A stretch of 64,000 nt of DNA from Neoechinorhynchus agilis (Eukaryota > Animalia > Acanthocephala): positions 4,752,784 to 4,816,783 of the forward strand of contig CM121341.1 of NCBI GenBank assembly GCA_051530055.1, written 5' to 3'. This document shows positions 26,639 to 38,289 of the stretch, in pieces (position 1 is the stretch's first letter; every line of letters begins with the position of its first letter). Both the position numbers and the translations under genes were made by a program. The notes under the pieces were generated by a model. That model was not told the DNA's origin and ran no database searches. It saw nothing but the letters and a program-made list of their open reading frames with translations.

Positions 26639-27109
26639 ATGCATTCCTCTGCAGAAATGGTCAACGGCGCAATCAGCGAATGGGATCACGCAACTTATGC
26701 GGATTTAATAGAAGCAGCGCTCGAAAACAGTTTGATCGGCATACTGCGGGTCAATGAAATCTACGAATGGATTATGGAAAATATCCCATATTTCAAACAA
26801 AGAACAGATACAAAGTCATGGAAAGGATCAATCAGGAATACACTGTCTTATTGTCGAAGATTCAGGAAAATTCCGGTTCGAGGAAGACCGAGGAAATCCT
26901 TTTGGGCGATCAATGATAACAGGACGAGTGGTCGACTGTGGCGACCAAAAGGACGACAACAAATTGCCGAGGAATTAAGGATTCAGCGTCCTCATCTAAT
27001 TGGAAATGCATCTCAAGTACTTCAGCAGGACAATTCAAGAATCTGCGAACAGGAGAACTTAGCGGTTTCCGATCAAGTGATGCCAAACGGCCACCGAGAA
27101 TCAGAGTGA
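26639..27109 (+). CDS. divergent forkhead-domain protein, copy 3
   Basis: Same ORF length as copies 1 and 2 but more diverged (SIRNTLS). Confidence 0.85.
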   Translation: MHSSAEMVNGAISEWDHATYADLIEAALENSLIGILRVNEIYEWIMENIPYFKQRTDTKSWKGSIRNTLSYCRRFRKIPVRGRPRKSFWAINDNRTSGRLWRPKGRQQIAEELRIQRPHLIGNASQVLQQDNSRICEQENLAVSDQVMPNGHRESE

Positions 27110-27764
27110 GTTTCCGTTGATCGGAAATGGTGATCTCAATACTTAAATAAGACGGATAAATGGAAGCCATCAGGGAGTTCAAGTTAAGGATCAAGACGTC
27201 TTTTTTTAATAAAGAAGGTGTCTATAATTTCTAATACAATTTCATTGAAAAACAAACTTGTCTTTTCGACTAAAATTTCTTAGTAGATCAGCAAATCATT
27301 CGCAAAAACAGAATCTATTGTTTCGTACCAAAATTAATTGCTTTAAATAAAATTAAAAAACAATTTTACGAAGAATTTCCTTCAGGAACATGACGATGAT
27401 CTTCAGTTTAATCGCCATCTCTAATCGATATCAGGCATTTTCTTTTAATAAAAGTTGCATTCGTAAAGCGTTAAGAATTTGTATTAAGTACAAAAGAAGA
27501 AATTATTAAGACGTTATTTACCGAAGTTTTAATCGAGTTCATGTTTTTTATTGTTCTTTAAGGTCTTTTTTTCTAAAGAAAGAAGTTTTTCTGTGTTTAG
27601 AGAGTAGATCTTTTATTATTTATACTGGTTTTGTACTTTCACGATCATCCTGCGACAAAATATCTCGCTCGCAGTACAGCGAGGCAATGCCGCTGGCGTG
27701 ATAGCGACAGCCGAGGAAGGAGAGAAGCTAAGATTTTACGAACGGTGGTGATTGTACGTTCTGA

Positions 27765-28110
27765 AATAACATTTTTGTCCTAAGCTACGTGAATCCTTCG
27801 AATTTTTAATCTTAACTCGCAATGGCAAATTTAGATTCAATCATCGCTACGTAGTTTTTGTATCTTAATAAAAATGAAATCTTCACATTTTTCTGCTGCT
27901 TCACAAGTCGTTTTTAATAAATAATGAAATAAACAGAAAATCGTTTTTCATACACTTTCAAACATTCCATTCCAGATCTTTTGCTGATATTATGATTTGA
28001 ATATTTAAAAAGATGTGGACGGATTCAGGGGTGCAATAAAGCATCAAACGAAGGAATTTTAAACCTTTAGAACAATCTCCTTTTTTATGAATTAGTATCG
28101 ACGTTTTTTT
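27765..28110 (+). repeat. paralogue of 7770-7937 joined to 11082-11260 (empty site of the CRE element)
   Basis: The sequence ataatgaaat-a-aacagaaaatcgtttttc is contiguous here but separated by 3.1 kb at 7937/11082. Confidence 0.85.
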
Positions 28111-29589
28111 CCGCAACGTTAATGAAAATATATTTCTGAGCGATCTCAAGAACAATTTCACCGATCAAAAGATCGCCAAAACATGCATTTCAGTTTATAT
28201 TTCGAGAAAAGTTTTAGGTTTTCAATATCGTTAAAATTTTGAATTAATAAGCTTTTCCAACGAGAAAAATAATCTTATTCAATTTATGGTCGATAAACGG
28301 GTTTTATTAAGCTCCTGTCTTTTATTTTATCGTTTAGTGTTCTTTGAAATTGCAAATGCAATTAAAATTTTTTAACATATCCGCATTTTATGTTCATTCT
28401 AAAATCGGTGAGCTTTTGAAAAATTTGTTTTACAGCTTTTGAAAAAAATACGTTCGACGAATGTTTTTTAAAACCAAAAGTTGTGATTTCTAATAGATAC
28501 AAAAAACGTAGCCGGAGCGAACACTTTTAACTTTTCCCAAAACTACGAAATAGAAAATCCCCTCGAATTCTAGAGATCGGACGGAGGTATCGGAATGAAT
28601 AACAAAAGATTTCATTCTTTGTGCAACTCGATTACCCGATTTTCTACCAAGATAAATAAGTTTTTAAAATGCTAAAATCTTTAACAGAGCATTGGTTTTT
28701 TCAGAAGTTGCGAAATAAACATATCCCAAAATGCTAACAACTAAAAAAACTTTATGACCAATGAGAGCATTTCACTGAAGAAATTTACCCCGACGTCTCC
28801 CAGTTCAGCTTTTGCTAAGTTTCTAAAGTGTAACGTTAAGAGCAAAAACGAGGGGAAACTTTGTCATTAATTTCGAACAAAAGCGAAACACGCAAACGAT
28901 TGAAAGTATCGCGAAAACCAATTTAGGAACTATTTTATTTTCAGTAACATTTAAAAAATGTGCTTCCAAAAACTATAGCACACAGGAGCATTATAGATAT
29001 CGCCGTCCACATTATATATAAAATGCAACGATCGCCATCTGAATCATCTTCTTGTCCAACGCTCATTGTTCTCGAAGTTTTGGATTTTCTTATTTTCCCT
29101 GAATTTGGGTTTTCAACCTTTATATGAACGTTGGATGTCGCCGAATCTTCATTTTTGACTCTCGATGTTGAATTAACTTCTTTTTCCTTAGAAACTATAA
29201 ATTTCATAGTTTTGTTGTTATCACCATTGATGACTTCATCGACGATTTATGCCCATCCTTCCCGATAATCCTTCCAAGTTTTTTTAATTTCATCATTGCA
29301 TGATATGGACAAATCATTTTCTTTATTGTTGTTGTTGATATTCACTTTCCCTTTTAACTCCGTTGACTGTTCTGTTTCGTTTTTTATAAAATCATTTTCT
29401 TTTCCCTTGGATTCTGGCCTACAAAAACATTTTAGTACTGTTCGGAATATCCGACGAAATCCTTTTAAGCTTTTCGTCTTCGTAATTTTCTCAGCATTCG
29501 CAATTGCACTTAATTTTACGCTCCCATAAAGTTTTGATTCGATGCACTCAACATCCTACGATGTGCCAAATAATCCCTTGGTTATTTAG

Positions 29590-30554
29590 AGTTCATCGTA
29601 TAAGTACATTTGGGTAATCTGAAACATTTTTGTAAGGGTTTGATAAAGAACATTTTGAAAGAAAAGTTTTGTCTTGACCGGGATTTCGTGGTGGCGGTTG
29701 AGGAATGGTGCCAGCAGACAGGCGCTAACCAAGTTCCCGTGAATGGCCTCAGACAGTCGATCTGGGACGGACCTCTTGTCGCGAGAGCTCACAGCTCTCT
29801 TCTTTCAGGTTCTCGCGATGGGGTCGTCCGAGCTAGACTGTTGGCAGTTTCAACACGAGAATCTGGGGCGTGGTTGGAGGCTGTTCCTCTGGCATCTGTG
29901 GGAACTCTTCTTACTGACGAGGTGACGAGGATCGCAGTATCCTTAAGACTCGGTCTCCCGATATGCACGCCCCATCGCTGTCGATGTGGGTCTTTGGTTG
30001 ATGCTTTCGGGCGACACGGTCTCGTCTGCAGAAGGTCAGCAGGAAGGTTTTCACGCCATTCTGAAATCAATAACGCAATTTCTCGGGCGTTGAGAACGAC
30101 GAACTTCCCGGACATCCTGGAACCCGCCCACCTCTGTAGACTAGACGGCCGTAGGCCCGATGGAATTTCGGTCTTCCCGTGGCGGGAGGGCAAATGCCTT
30201 CTCTGAGACGCCACGTGTGTGGATACCCTTGAAGCCAGCAACATCCGCTACTCCCTCGAAATCGCCGGTGGTGCCGCCAGTGCAGCGGAAGGGAGGAAAA
30301 TACGGAAATATATTCAGTTATCGAGGGCTCACTATTTTGTCCCCTTTGGGGTAGAGACGTATGGAGCGCTCGGCAGCTCGGCACTCTCTCTGCTCCAGGA
30401 TGTCTCGAAGAAATTGATAGAAGCAACCGGAGACTCAAGAGCAGGTGTATTCCTTCGACAAAATATCTCGCTGGCAGTACAACGAGGCAATGCCGCCAGC
30501 GTGATGGCGACGGTCGAGGAAGGACAAAAGCTGGAATTCGGTGGGAGGTGGTGA
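29590..30554 (+). mobile_element. CRE-clade 3' fragment with A-rich tail
   Basis: ESGAWLEAVP, LRLGLPICTPHRCRCG, RPDG and FGVETYG...QRGNAASV motifs; poly-A near 30590-30602. Confidence 0.9.
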
Positions 30555-31264
30555 ATGTAAAGAAAAGTAACCAAATATATTGGCAATAAGCGAAAAAAAA
30601 AATTCTACACATTAAACGAATAAATAAATTTTTGATTTCTGAAAAAAAAAGATTGAAAATATACGTAGGATTGGGAAACGACAGGAAAAGTTTCAAAGCA
30701 AAAATAATGTAAGAGATTAGTGGAGGATGCAAAGTGTTTTCTTAAAATGAAAGAGAGAGTGAGAAAAGATGAAAAGAAATTTAAGAGAGTTTTCAAATTA
30801 TAGAGGATTGAAAATAACGGCGAGAGTAAATTTGTAAGCGAAGGTAAAATAGAGAATGGTAATTTAGCGAGAAGTTGGTTCAAGGAGCAAACAGTTTCGT
30901 CTGTTAAACAAGAACTAATATCTTAAATTTAATATAATTTCGATAAACGGGTTTTTATTAATTGCATTTTATGGAAACTTCGTCTATAAAGTCGTTTTGA
31001 CCCCCTGTCTCAACTTGATCGTGCAGCTAAAAAATCAAGTTGTATTTCACAATAACAACTAAAAACGACGTAATGACCAAAGGGTTTAGAATGATGACTA
31101 CTACTCTCGATTAAGAAAATCCAACTGTAAATGCTGTATTCGTATTAACCAATACATCATCCCGAAGGCTGTCAAAGTACACGATGCCACCTTTTAAAAC
31201 GCTTGTAATTTTAAATTATCTATTTAAAAAATGGGTGACCTCCCTGACTAAAACTGTCGAAATC

Positions 31265-32055
31265 TTAGAATAATCTACAATATCGCTCAATGTCTAACGG
31301 TTTGACGAGCAATATTTTGCCTAATAAGTTGTTCTCTGAAATTTCATTGAACTTGTAAGTGAAAGTTGACCAATATTGACCATAATTTTGCTCCACAAAA
31401 TGCCATTTGTCGCTCTTAACATATTCCAATCGTTTCCCATTTATACGGAATTCGATTTGTTTTAGATCACTTCTAAATATTCCCTCTCCGGTGGCCTTCA
31501 AAAAGCTTTCCTTACAAATCTCACCATACGGGTATTTCTTTTGAGAATCGCCTTTAAGAAAAGCCCGCATAATGTAGCACACCAGAATCTATAAAAAATC
31601 TTCATTCTGGTTTGGAGATCCCTGCCACCTTCTTCAAGAAACTCTCTTTCGTAAACACTTAATACTCTTTGGCATAATCGGATATTTGCCGGTCTTCTCT
31701 CCAGCATTTTCTCAATATCACAACCTACACGAGCACAATTCGACACGATACCGATGATCCAATCGCCAGAATGAGAAATATTCAAATCACAGTTTATGTT
31801 GTTGTTGTGTGCACTTATCAGAAAAGGTTTTTTGTTTTCGGCTTCATAAAAGTGTACATTGTTCCATGGAATCGTGAAACTTTGAGATACCATAAAACGT
31901 CGAAGAACTTTTCCAAATAAAGAGCGATGTCTATGTAGTGGAATCCGGCATGAAAGTACTTGCGATCGCTCTCTCTCAGTCAAAGATGAAAAGAACAAGT
32001 CAAGGATTTGTTTAGTCGGACTTTGTGGTACCTTTATTTTGCTGGACTTAATCAT
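31265..32055 (-). CDS. AASDHPPT: 4'-phosphopantetheinyl transferase (AASDHPPT/Lys5-type), two exons
   Basis: NISHSGDW, VGCDIE and FYRFWC..KESFLKATGEG (the W-x-x-K-E motif is split by a 62-bp insert at 31517-31578). Confidence 0.85.
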
Positions 32056-32199
32056 TCACCGCTTACTCTCTGAGAAGAATGATTAATCAGAAAAAATCCA
32101 TAAGGCGTATCGTCGAAGAATCATTGTGGTTTACAATCGAATTTGATCCTTCGTTTTACTTAAGCATATCTATAAATATGTCGATCGGAGTAATTGCAA

Positions 32200-32297
32200 C
32201 GAATCAACGCAGCGACTGGAGAGTCTTGGCGCAAAAAATAAGCATTGCGGTGCAGCGGGGCAATGCGGCTAGCATTTTGGCCAGCGCCGATGAATAG
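32200..32297 (+). mobile_element. short CRE 3' remnant
   Basis: Encodes LAQKISIAVQRGNAASIL followed by an A-rich tail. Confidence 0.7.
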
Positions 32298-32538
32298 GAG
32301 CGTCGAAGAAACTATAAATTATGTATGCTTGAAAAAAAAATAAAGAAAAAAATTCTACTATTAAAAATTGTCTACCGTCCAGAGAGATTTTTATTTGTCA
32401 TAGATAAATGAGATCTAAAAGTGGATTTTGCAAGTTTAATAGATTTGATCACCTAAAGAAAAATTGAAGTTCCTCGGCATGTTGACGCTTCCGATAAACT
32501 AGAAATCGAAACATCCTTTCATTTTCATATCATCTCAT

Positions 32539-33380
32539 TTAATGCCTGCTGCTTCGCAAAGATGGCAGCTTGAACTTCACTTCACCAACGTCCGATTCAT
32601 CGAGGCATCCTGACGAGGTTTTTAATTTAATTATCCGCTTTATTGGCATCGGCGATGTCCAGCAATTTCCGAGAACATCTACAGGCATTCTATCGAACTC
32701 GAAAAGTAAAACGGGTTGATAAAATGCTATATTAACTTCTGATTGCATTTGCACAATCGAAGTAAATGTACGCTAGAAGTAACGGGTTCATCGATGCATC
32801 GTTCTCTAAATCGAGCTAGCAACCTAAATCCGCCATCTACGACGTTTTCTTCAAGCAGCGTCTCAAATATTCTTCGTTGACCGTCTAACCGTACAGGCGG
32901 TTCTATTTCAGCACAAAGGAAAGCAAGTCTCTGAATATGCAACTTCTCAAGCCGACTATTTAAATGTTTACGAGAATTCAAGCATTGATCAATCTGTTCA
33001 ACGATTGAGCCATGCAGCGTTTCAAACTGCGATTGTGCCAAAATCATAGAAGAAAATGGTATCCACCAACTGTCACTTGAACAAATAAACCGTGGTAATA
33101 TCTCGTTTAAGAGAAACCTTCTGAGAATATCGTCTAACAACGTTCCACCATCTAAACATTTCGGTAAAGATCGAAATATTTGTTGAGCACATGAAGGAGT
33201 TTCAGATAGAGCTTCGTGTAACGCAGCAATGGTCAGAACAAAAAGTTTTTCTTGAACGGTATTAGAACATTGTTCAATATCTTTGAGGCTTTCAGCTAAA
33301 TCCATGTTCTTGAATTTATCATTTAAAAGGTTTCTGAAAATCGTCTGAAGAAAATTCTCGATGGCGTTGTCGTATGACAT
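32539..33380 (-). CDS. hypothetical protein (two ORFs joined across a hairpin near 32731-32767)
   Basis: 217-aa ATG ORF overlaps a 71-aa ORF in another frame; TTTTTAG 2 nt before the ATG. Confidence 0.5.
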
Positions 33381-33556
33381 ATCTAAAAATCGCTTTATAT
33401 TTGCAATAAAACAATTTTTTTTAAACTTCTCTCTCTCAAAGACGGCGAAGTTAGTGATTCAAACACGGATTTCAACCTTACGCCACGAAGCGCCTAAATA
33501 ACCAAACCAATAATATTAAGGGCTACTGACAACAAAAACCCAGTGAATGTGAGGCA

Positions 33557-33850
33557 TTATCGATCGAATCTTTTATGTTTTATAACCCCACTTGAAGGTC
33601 TCCAATTTAAGACGATTGGAATTTCATCGGTGACCGGTACTTCCCTATTACAATGACTCCTGTAATCAATGTCCAATTCAGTATAGCGATCTTTAAACAT
33701 CTCTTCCAACTCGTCTATTCCAACAATGTCAAACTTTTCTTCGGCCTTTTTAGATGATCTTGGTGCTTTAAGAAGATCAGTTAGCTTTCTTTTATTTTTC
33801 GGGCCACTAATGTAAATCCGCTCATCATTGTCCAGACGACGCTTACTCAT
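33557..33850 (-). CDS. RAMAC: RNMT-activating mini protein (RAM/FAM103A1)
   Basis: EELEEMFKDRYTELDIDY...PIVLNW matches the RAM motif EEMFASRFTEND.EY...PPIVEEW. Confidence 0.7.
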   Translation of the reverse strand: MSKRRLDNDERIYISGPKNKRKLTDLLKAPRSSKKAEEKFDIVGIDELEEMFKDRYTELDIDYRSHCNREVPVTDEIPIVLNWRPSSGVIKHKRFDR

Positions 33851-33858
33851 TTTTGTAT

Positions 33859-33893
33859 CTGAAACAAATTTAATATTGATGGGGAAATTTATT
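33859..33893 (-). promoter_or_regulatory. candidate intercistronic region: AATAAA plus TTTCAG trans-splice acceptor
   Basis: The 58-bp gap between the MRPL50 stop and the RAMAC ATG contains AATAAA (33888-33893) and TTTCAG (33859-33864), the latter 8 nt before the ATG. Confidence 0.55.
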
Positions 33894-33908
33894 AGAAAAA
33901 CATTTGTT

Positions 33909-35944
33909 TTACTCCCTCTGCTTATAAATGCTCTTATATTTTCGACTATATTTTAGACTTGAAACGATGGTATCCCGATCTGGAAAAGCATCACCGTCCA
34001 TTCTGCTTTCCTGACTTCCAAATCGAATGTAATCTTCACTTAAATTCAAGTTCGAAGGTAGATCCGTTGAATGGAGCAATTTTTCGTATGGATTTTCATC
34101 CAATTGAACTGTTTCGAAAAAGTCAACAACATTCTCGATTGTATGAAACGAATTGAGATCCGTGTTTCGAATGTGTCTTGCTCCAAAGCGCGACATGCAA
34201 ACTTTTATGGACAAAGTAGTCCAACCATCAAAGAAAGGATAATCGATTTCGTTTTAGTCTACCATCAAGAGAAAATCATTGTGGAGAGTTCGATAGGTGA
34301 TGATGGAGTTGGAGATGTGGCGATAATAATCCCAAAGATACAAAAAAGAGGAAGCTCGGGGACCACTTCAATGATTAGTCATCAACTTTTTTGCCGTATA
34401 AAAATCTCGGAGCCACTTCTTATTTTCTAATATCATCCAATCGATTTGTGTGGCGTAAAGATCGTCGAGGAATTAAAAAAGATATCCTCCCAGTGGAAAA
34501 AGTGAACTTTATCAACCTTGAAACTAATTTAAATGATCCATTCGAAAATGAAGACGAAGAATCATAAAAATCGATTTGTGTGGTGTGAAGATCGTCGAGG
34601 AATTAAAAAAGATATCCTCCCCGTGGAAAAAGTGAACTTTATCAACCTTGAAACTAATTTAAATGATCCATTCGAAAATGAAGACGAAAAATCATAATCG
34701 ATTTGTGTGGTGTGAAGATCGTCGAGGAATTAAAAAAGATATCCTCCCCGTGGAAAAAGTGAACTTTATCAACCTTGAAACTAATTTAAATGATCCATTC
34801 GAAAATGAAGACGAAAAATCATAATCGATTTGTGTGGTGTGAAGATCGTCGAGAATTAAAAAAGATATCCTCCCCGTGGAAAAAGTGAACTTTATCAACC
34901 TTGAAACTAATTTAAATGATCCATTCGAAAATGAAGACGAAAAATCATAATCGATTTGTGTGGTGTGAAGATCGTCGAGGAATTAAAAAAGATATCCTCC
35001 CCGTGGAAAAAGTGAACTTTATCAACCTTGAAACTAATTTAAATGATCCATTCGAAAATGAAGACGAAAAATCATAATCGATTTGTGTGGTGTGAAGATC
35101 GTCGAGGAATTAAAAAAGATATCCTCCCCGTGGAAAAAGTGAACTTTATCAACCTTGAAACTAATTTAAATGATCCATTCGAAAATGAAGACGAAAAATC
35201 ATAATCGATTTGTGTGGCGTAAGAAGATCGTCGAGGAATTAAAAAAGAAATCCTCCCCGTGGAAAAAGTGAACTTTATCAACCTTGAAACTAATTTAAAT
35301 GATCCATTCGAAAATGAAGACGAAAAATCATAATCGATTTGTGTGGTGTGAAGATCGTCGAGGAATTAAAAAAGATATCCTCCCCGTGGAAAAAGTGAAC
35401 TTTATCAACCTTGAAACTAATTTAAATGATCCATTCGAAAATGAAGACGAAAAATCATAATCGATTTGTGTGGTGTGAAGATAGTCGAGGAAATCCACGG
35501 GTTACCCGATACAAACGGTTGAAACTTTTTCGATGATCCGAATGAAGTTTTCTCGTCTTTCAAAATATCTCAAAAAAGCACAATTTAGGAGAATATTTTA
35601 CCCCAAGTATCGAAAATCTTCATTTTAAAAAGAATTTCCGCATGTTTGGACGAATCTGTTTTGACCAATTTAAAAAGATCCTCATTCTCCGGCTCTCTTG
35701 GAAAATTGAGTTCATCAGCAATTTCATGGACAATATCGGCAACCGATAGTGAAGGAGGTATATAAGGGATTTTAGACGGGAACCGAGATACGGATCTGTC
35801 TTTTGGTGCTTTGACTACCACGGATCCATCGTCCGGAAGCTCGTTATCATCAAAGATAGTTGAAGAATACCATCGCCGGAATAACCATTGAGCGGATCCA
35901 AAAACCGAACGAACACCCGGAATAGAGCGGTGAATATAAAGCAT
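33909..35944 (-). CDS. MRPL50: mitochondrial ribosomal protein L50-like, two exons around a satellite-containing intron
   Basis: Exon 1 has a transit-like N-terminus, PYIPP and KMKIFDT. Exon 2 has CMSRFG..IRNTDLN...LPSNL...YIRF...AFP...TIVSSLKYSRKY, as in invertebrate mRpL50. Confidence 0.7.
34430..35495 (+). repeat. 127-bp tandem repeat, about 8 copies
   Basis: Unit atcgatttgtgtggtgtgaagatcgtcgagg...gacgaaaaatcata recurs at 34697, 34824, 34950, 35077 and onward. Confidence 0.95.
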
Positions 35945-36702
35945 TCAAAATCGAAGAGTCAAATGAAAACGTTGCTGGTCATGCGATTCTTCCGGATAAC
36001 ACGGATAAAAAATCGGGATCCGTTCTTTTTTGATAGTCCATTGATTTTTTTGTGGTGCTGCTTCGTTGCGTTTCTCAAGTTGACAGATGACTCGAATATG
36101 GGCGAGTTTTGTTCATTTCATGTTTTGTGGTCTAGAAAAATCACGTTGGTTCGTAATATTTTCGTTTATTCAAAAAAAAGCACTTCCCGTTCTTTTCTAA
36201 CAATCCGCATTCAGTAATTTCTGACCTTTTGAAGACGAAGAACTAAATCGGAGAGCATAAGAAGAAAAAAAGAATCGATGATTCCATGTTTATCCAAATG
36301 ATCCTTAATTTTAATTCTGGATCGACCAAATTAAATAATTCTGCTATCATTCGCCCAACGAACCAGCATAAAGAATAATTTCTAACAGAATGAAACTTGA
36401 GTTTTGTCGATTTTCGTTTTGTTTAGCTTTGGAAGTTGTCCCAAGGCATTGGACCAAATTAATAATTATTTGGATAAATATCTAATCATAAATTCTCTTT
36501 TTCTTATGCCAAAAAAAGCAGATTTTTATATGCGTTTTATCTACACGATTTTGTGAATTTAAATGCTGATTGGTTATTTGTAGCAGAATAATTTTTGGAT
36601 CGAGAATTAAATCGCGAATCGTCGGTGTGGCCTATGCGATCGACCAAAATAAAGTTTCGTGGGAAAAAGTGAACTTTTTTGCTGAATCTCGCAAATTTTG
36701 TG

Positions 36703-36873
36703 ATTTGTCGATAGGAGAAAATTAATGAAATTAAGATTTTATTGGATATTTCGATCCACTATCTCGGATATTCTTCAGCGATTGTTTGAAAAGATCGCTG
36801 AAGAAGATCCGAGATAGTGGATCGAATTATCCAATAAAATCTTAATTTCATTAATTTTCTCCTATCGACAAAT
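36703..36873. repeat. 80-bp-arm palindrome carrying a minimal hammerhead-like motif in each arm
   Basis: Arms 36703-36782 and 36794-36873 are reverse complements with few mismatches. The minus arm reads CTGAAGA-A-TATCC..GGATC-GAAA-TATC. Confidence 0.8.
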
Positions 36874-37589
36874 AACAATGAATTATCTTTTCAACAAATT
36901 TCATGATATTATTCGCTATTTAAAGAAAAAATTGCTTCCGATCGCTCACTGGTTCATTGCTACTTTTGTATGTGGTTTCAATATTGAACACTTGGCTTAT
37001 TTCAACTAATAGAGCATTTTTGATATTTTAAAATGTTACTAAAAACGTAAGCACACTGCAAACGACGATGTTAACGATTAATAAAGTTTTGAAAGATTTA
37101 CGTAATCTCATATAAAATCAGTGACAATGTAGTCGACAACTTAGAAAATCCTTCGAGATGATAGAGTTGTTTTGAGATTTTTCGCGATGTTTTATTCGAT
37201 GCCTATAATTTTTTGTAGTAGATTTTTTTCTAAATTCACGTGTCGACTATTCAAAATGCGCTTAAAACGTCGCAACTTGCTTCTAAGCCTTCAAAATCCC
37301 TTGAATTTGTGTTTTAAGACATAATCAAGTTAAAATGGAAGATTGCAACGTAGTATACTGGCCTCTTAGGCACTGCAGTGATTCAATCAAGAATAACGAA
37401 TTACTTTACAGACTACTTGGACATCGAATCTTAGTAACACTTCAGAGAAGTGGTATTGAAACCGTAAAACGCAATGACGCATGCGAAAAGGGGGATTTTC
37501 AGTACCGTTTATTGAAAATACAAAGGTTTTGGAGGACCCATGTACCTTTGGGTCCTCATTCGTTAATATGGGAATATCCAGTCGAGGAA

Positions 37590-37990
37590 GGTCCATTCGG
37601 GAGGTAATATCTGGTCGGAGGGATGTTTATTCAGGTAGGAACTATCCAGTCGAAGACGGGTTCGTTCGGGTGAGGATGTGTCCGTTCGATTGAGAATATC
37701 CGGTTGAGGGATGTCTATTCTTGGGTAGGAACTATCCAGCCGAAGACGGGTTCGTTCGGGTGAAGATGTGCCGTTCGATTGAGAATTTGGGTAGGAACCA
37801 TCCAGTCGGGAATGGTTCGTTCGGGTGAAGATGTGTCCGTTCGATTGAGAATTTGGGTAGGAACTATCCAGTCGGGGACGGTTCGTTCGAGTGAAGATGT
37901 GTCCGTTCGATTGAGAATATCCGGTTGAGCTGGAAGGTCCACTCGGGTTGGAATTATCCAGTCGGGGACGGTTCGTTCTAATGGGAATTG
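37590..37990 (+). repeat. degenerate minisatellite of about 60-80 bp units
   Basis: gggtaggaactatccagtc...ttcgttcgggtgaagatgtgtccgttcgattgagaat repeated about 5-6 times. Confidence 0.85.
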
Positions 37991-38289
37991 GAGTTTATTG
38001 TTTGCAGGTTCTGGTGGAAATTGGTGTTTATTTGCTTTTAAATTGCTCGTGTTATTGCGTCCTAGGTCAAATGGCGAGTCTTCCAATGGAGGAAATAGCT
38101 AGACTTCCTTTGAAACCCAAAGGATCCAGTAATGTGCGAAGTGCACTACGGTTGTATCAAGAGAAACAAACGCGCGCGAAACTTAATATTGAATAGTTTA
38201 AATAAAAGCGTTCATTTCATCAAGGAAACTTGTGAAGATGATTACAATGATTCGAAAGCTTGAATGTTGATGACTGTCAAATGACCTGA

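Noticed and set aside
28941-29529. Possible C-terminally anchored membrane protein gene
   Set aside because: An in-frame stop near 29266 could not be resolved by a clear intron or indel, and there is no homology, so it is not called.
34200-35605. MRPL50 intron as a hairpin-class intron
   Set aside because: I found no convincing end-to-end complementarity, and a phase-compatible GT-AG solution exists (35601 to 34202, adding two residues). Left unclassified.
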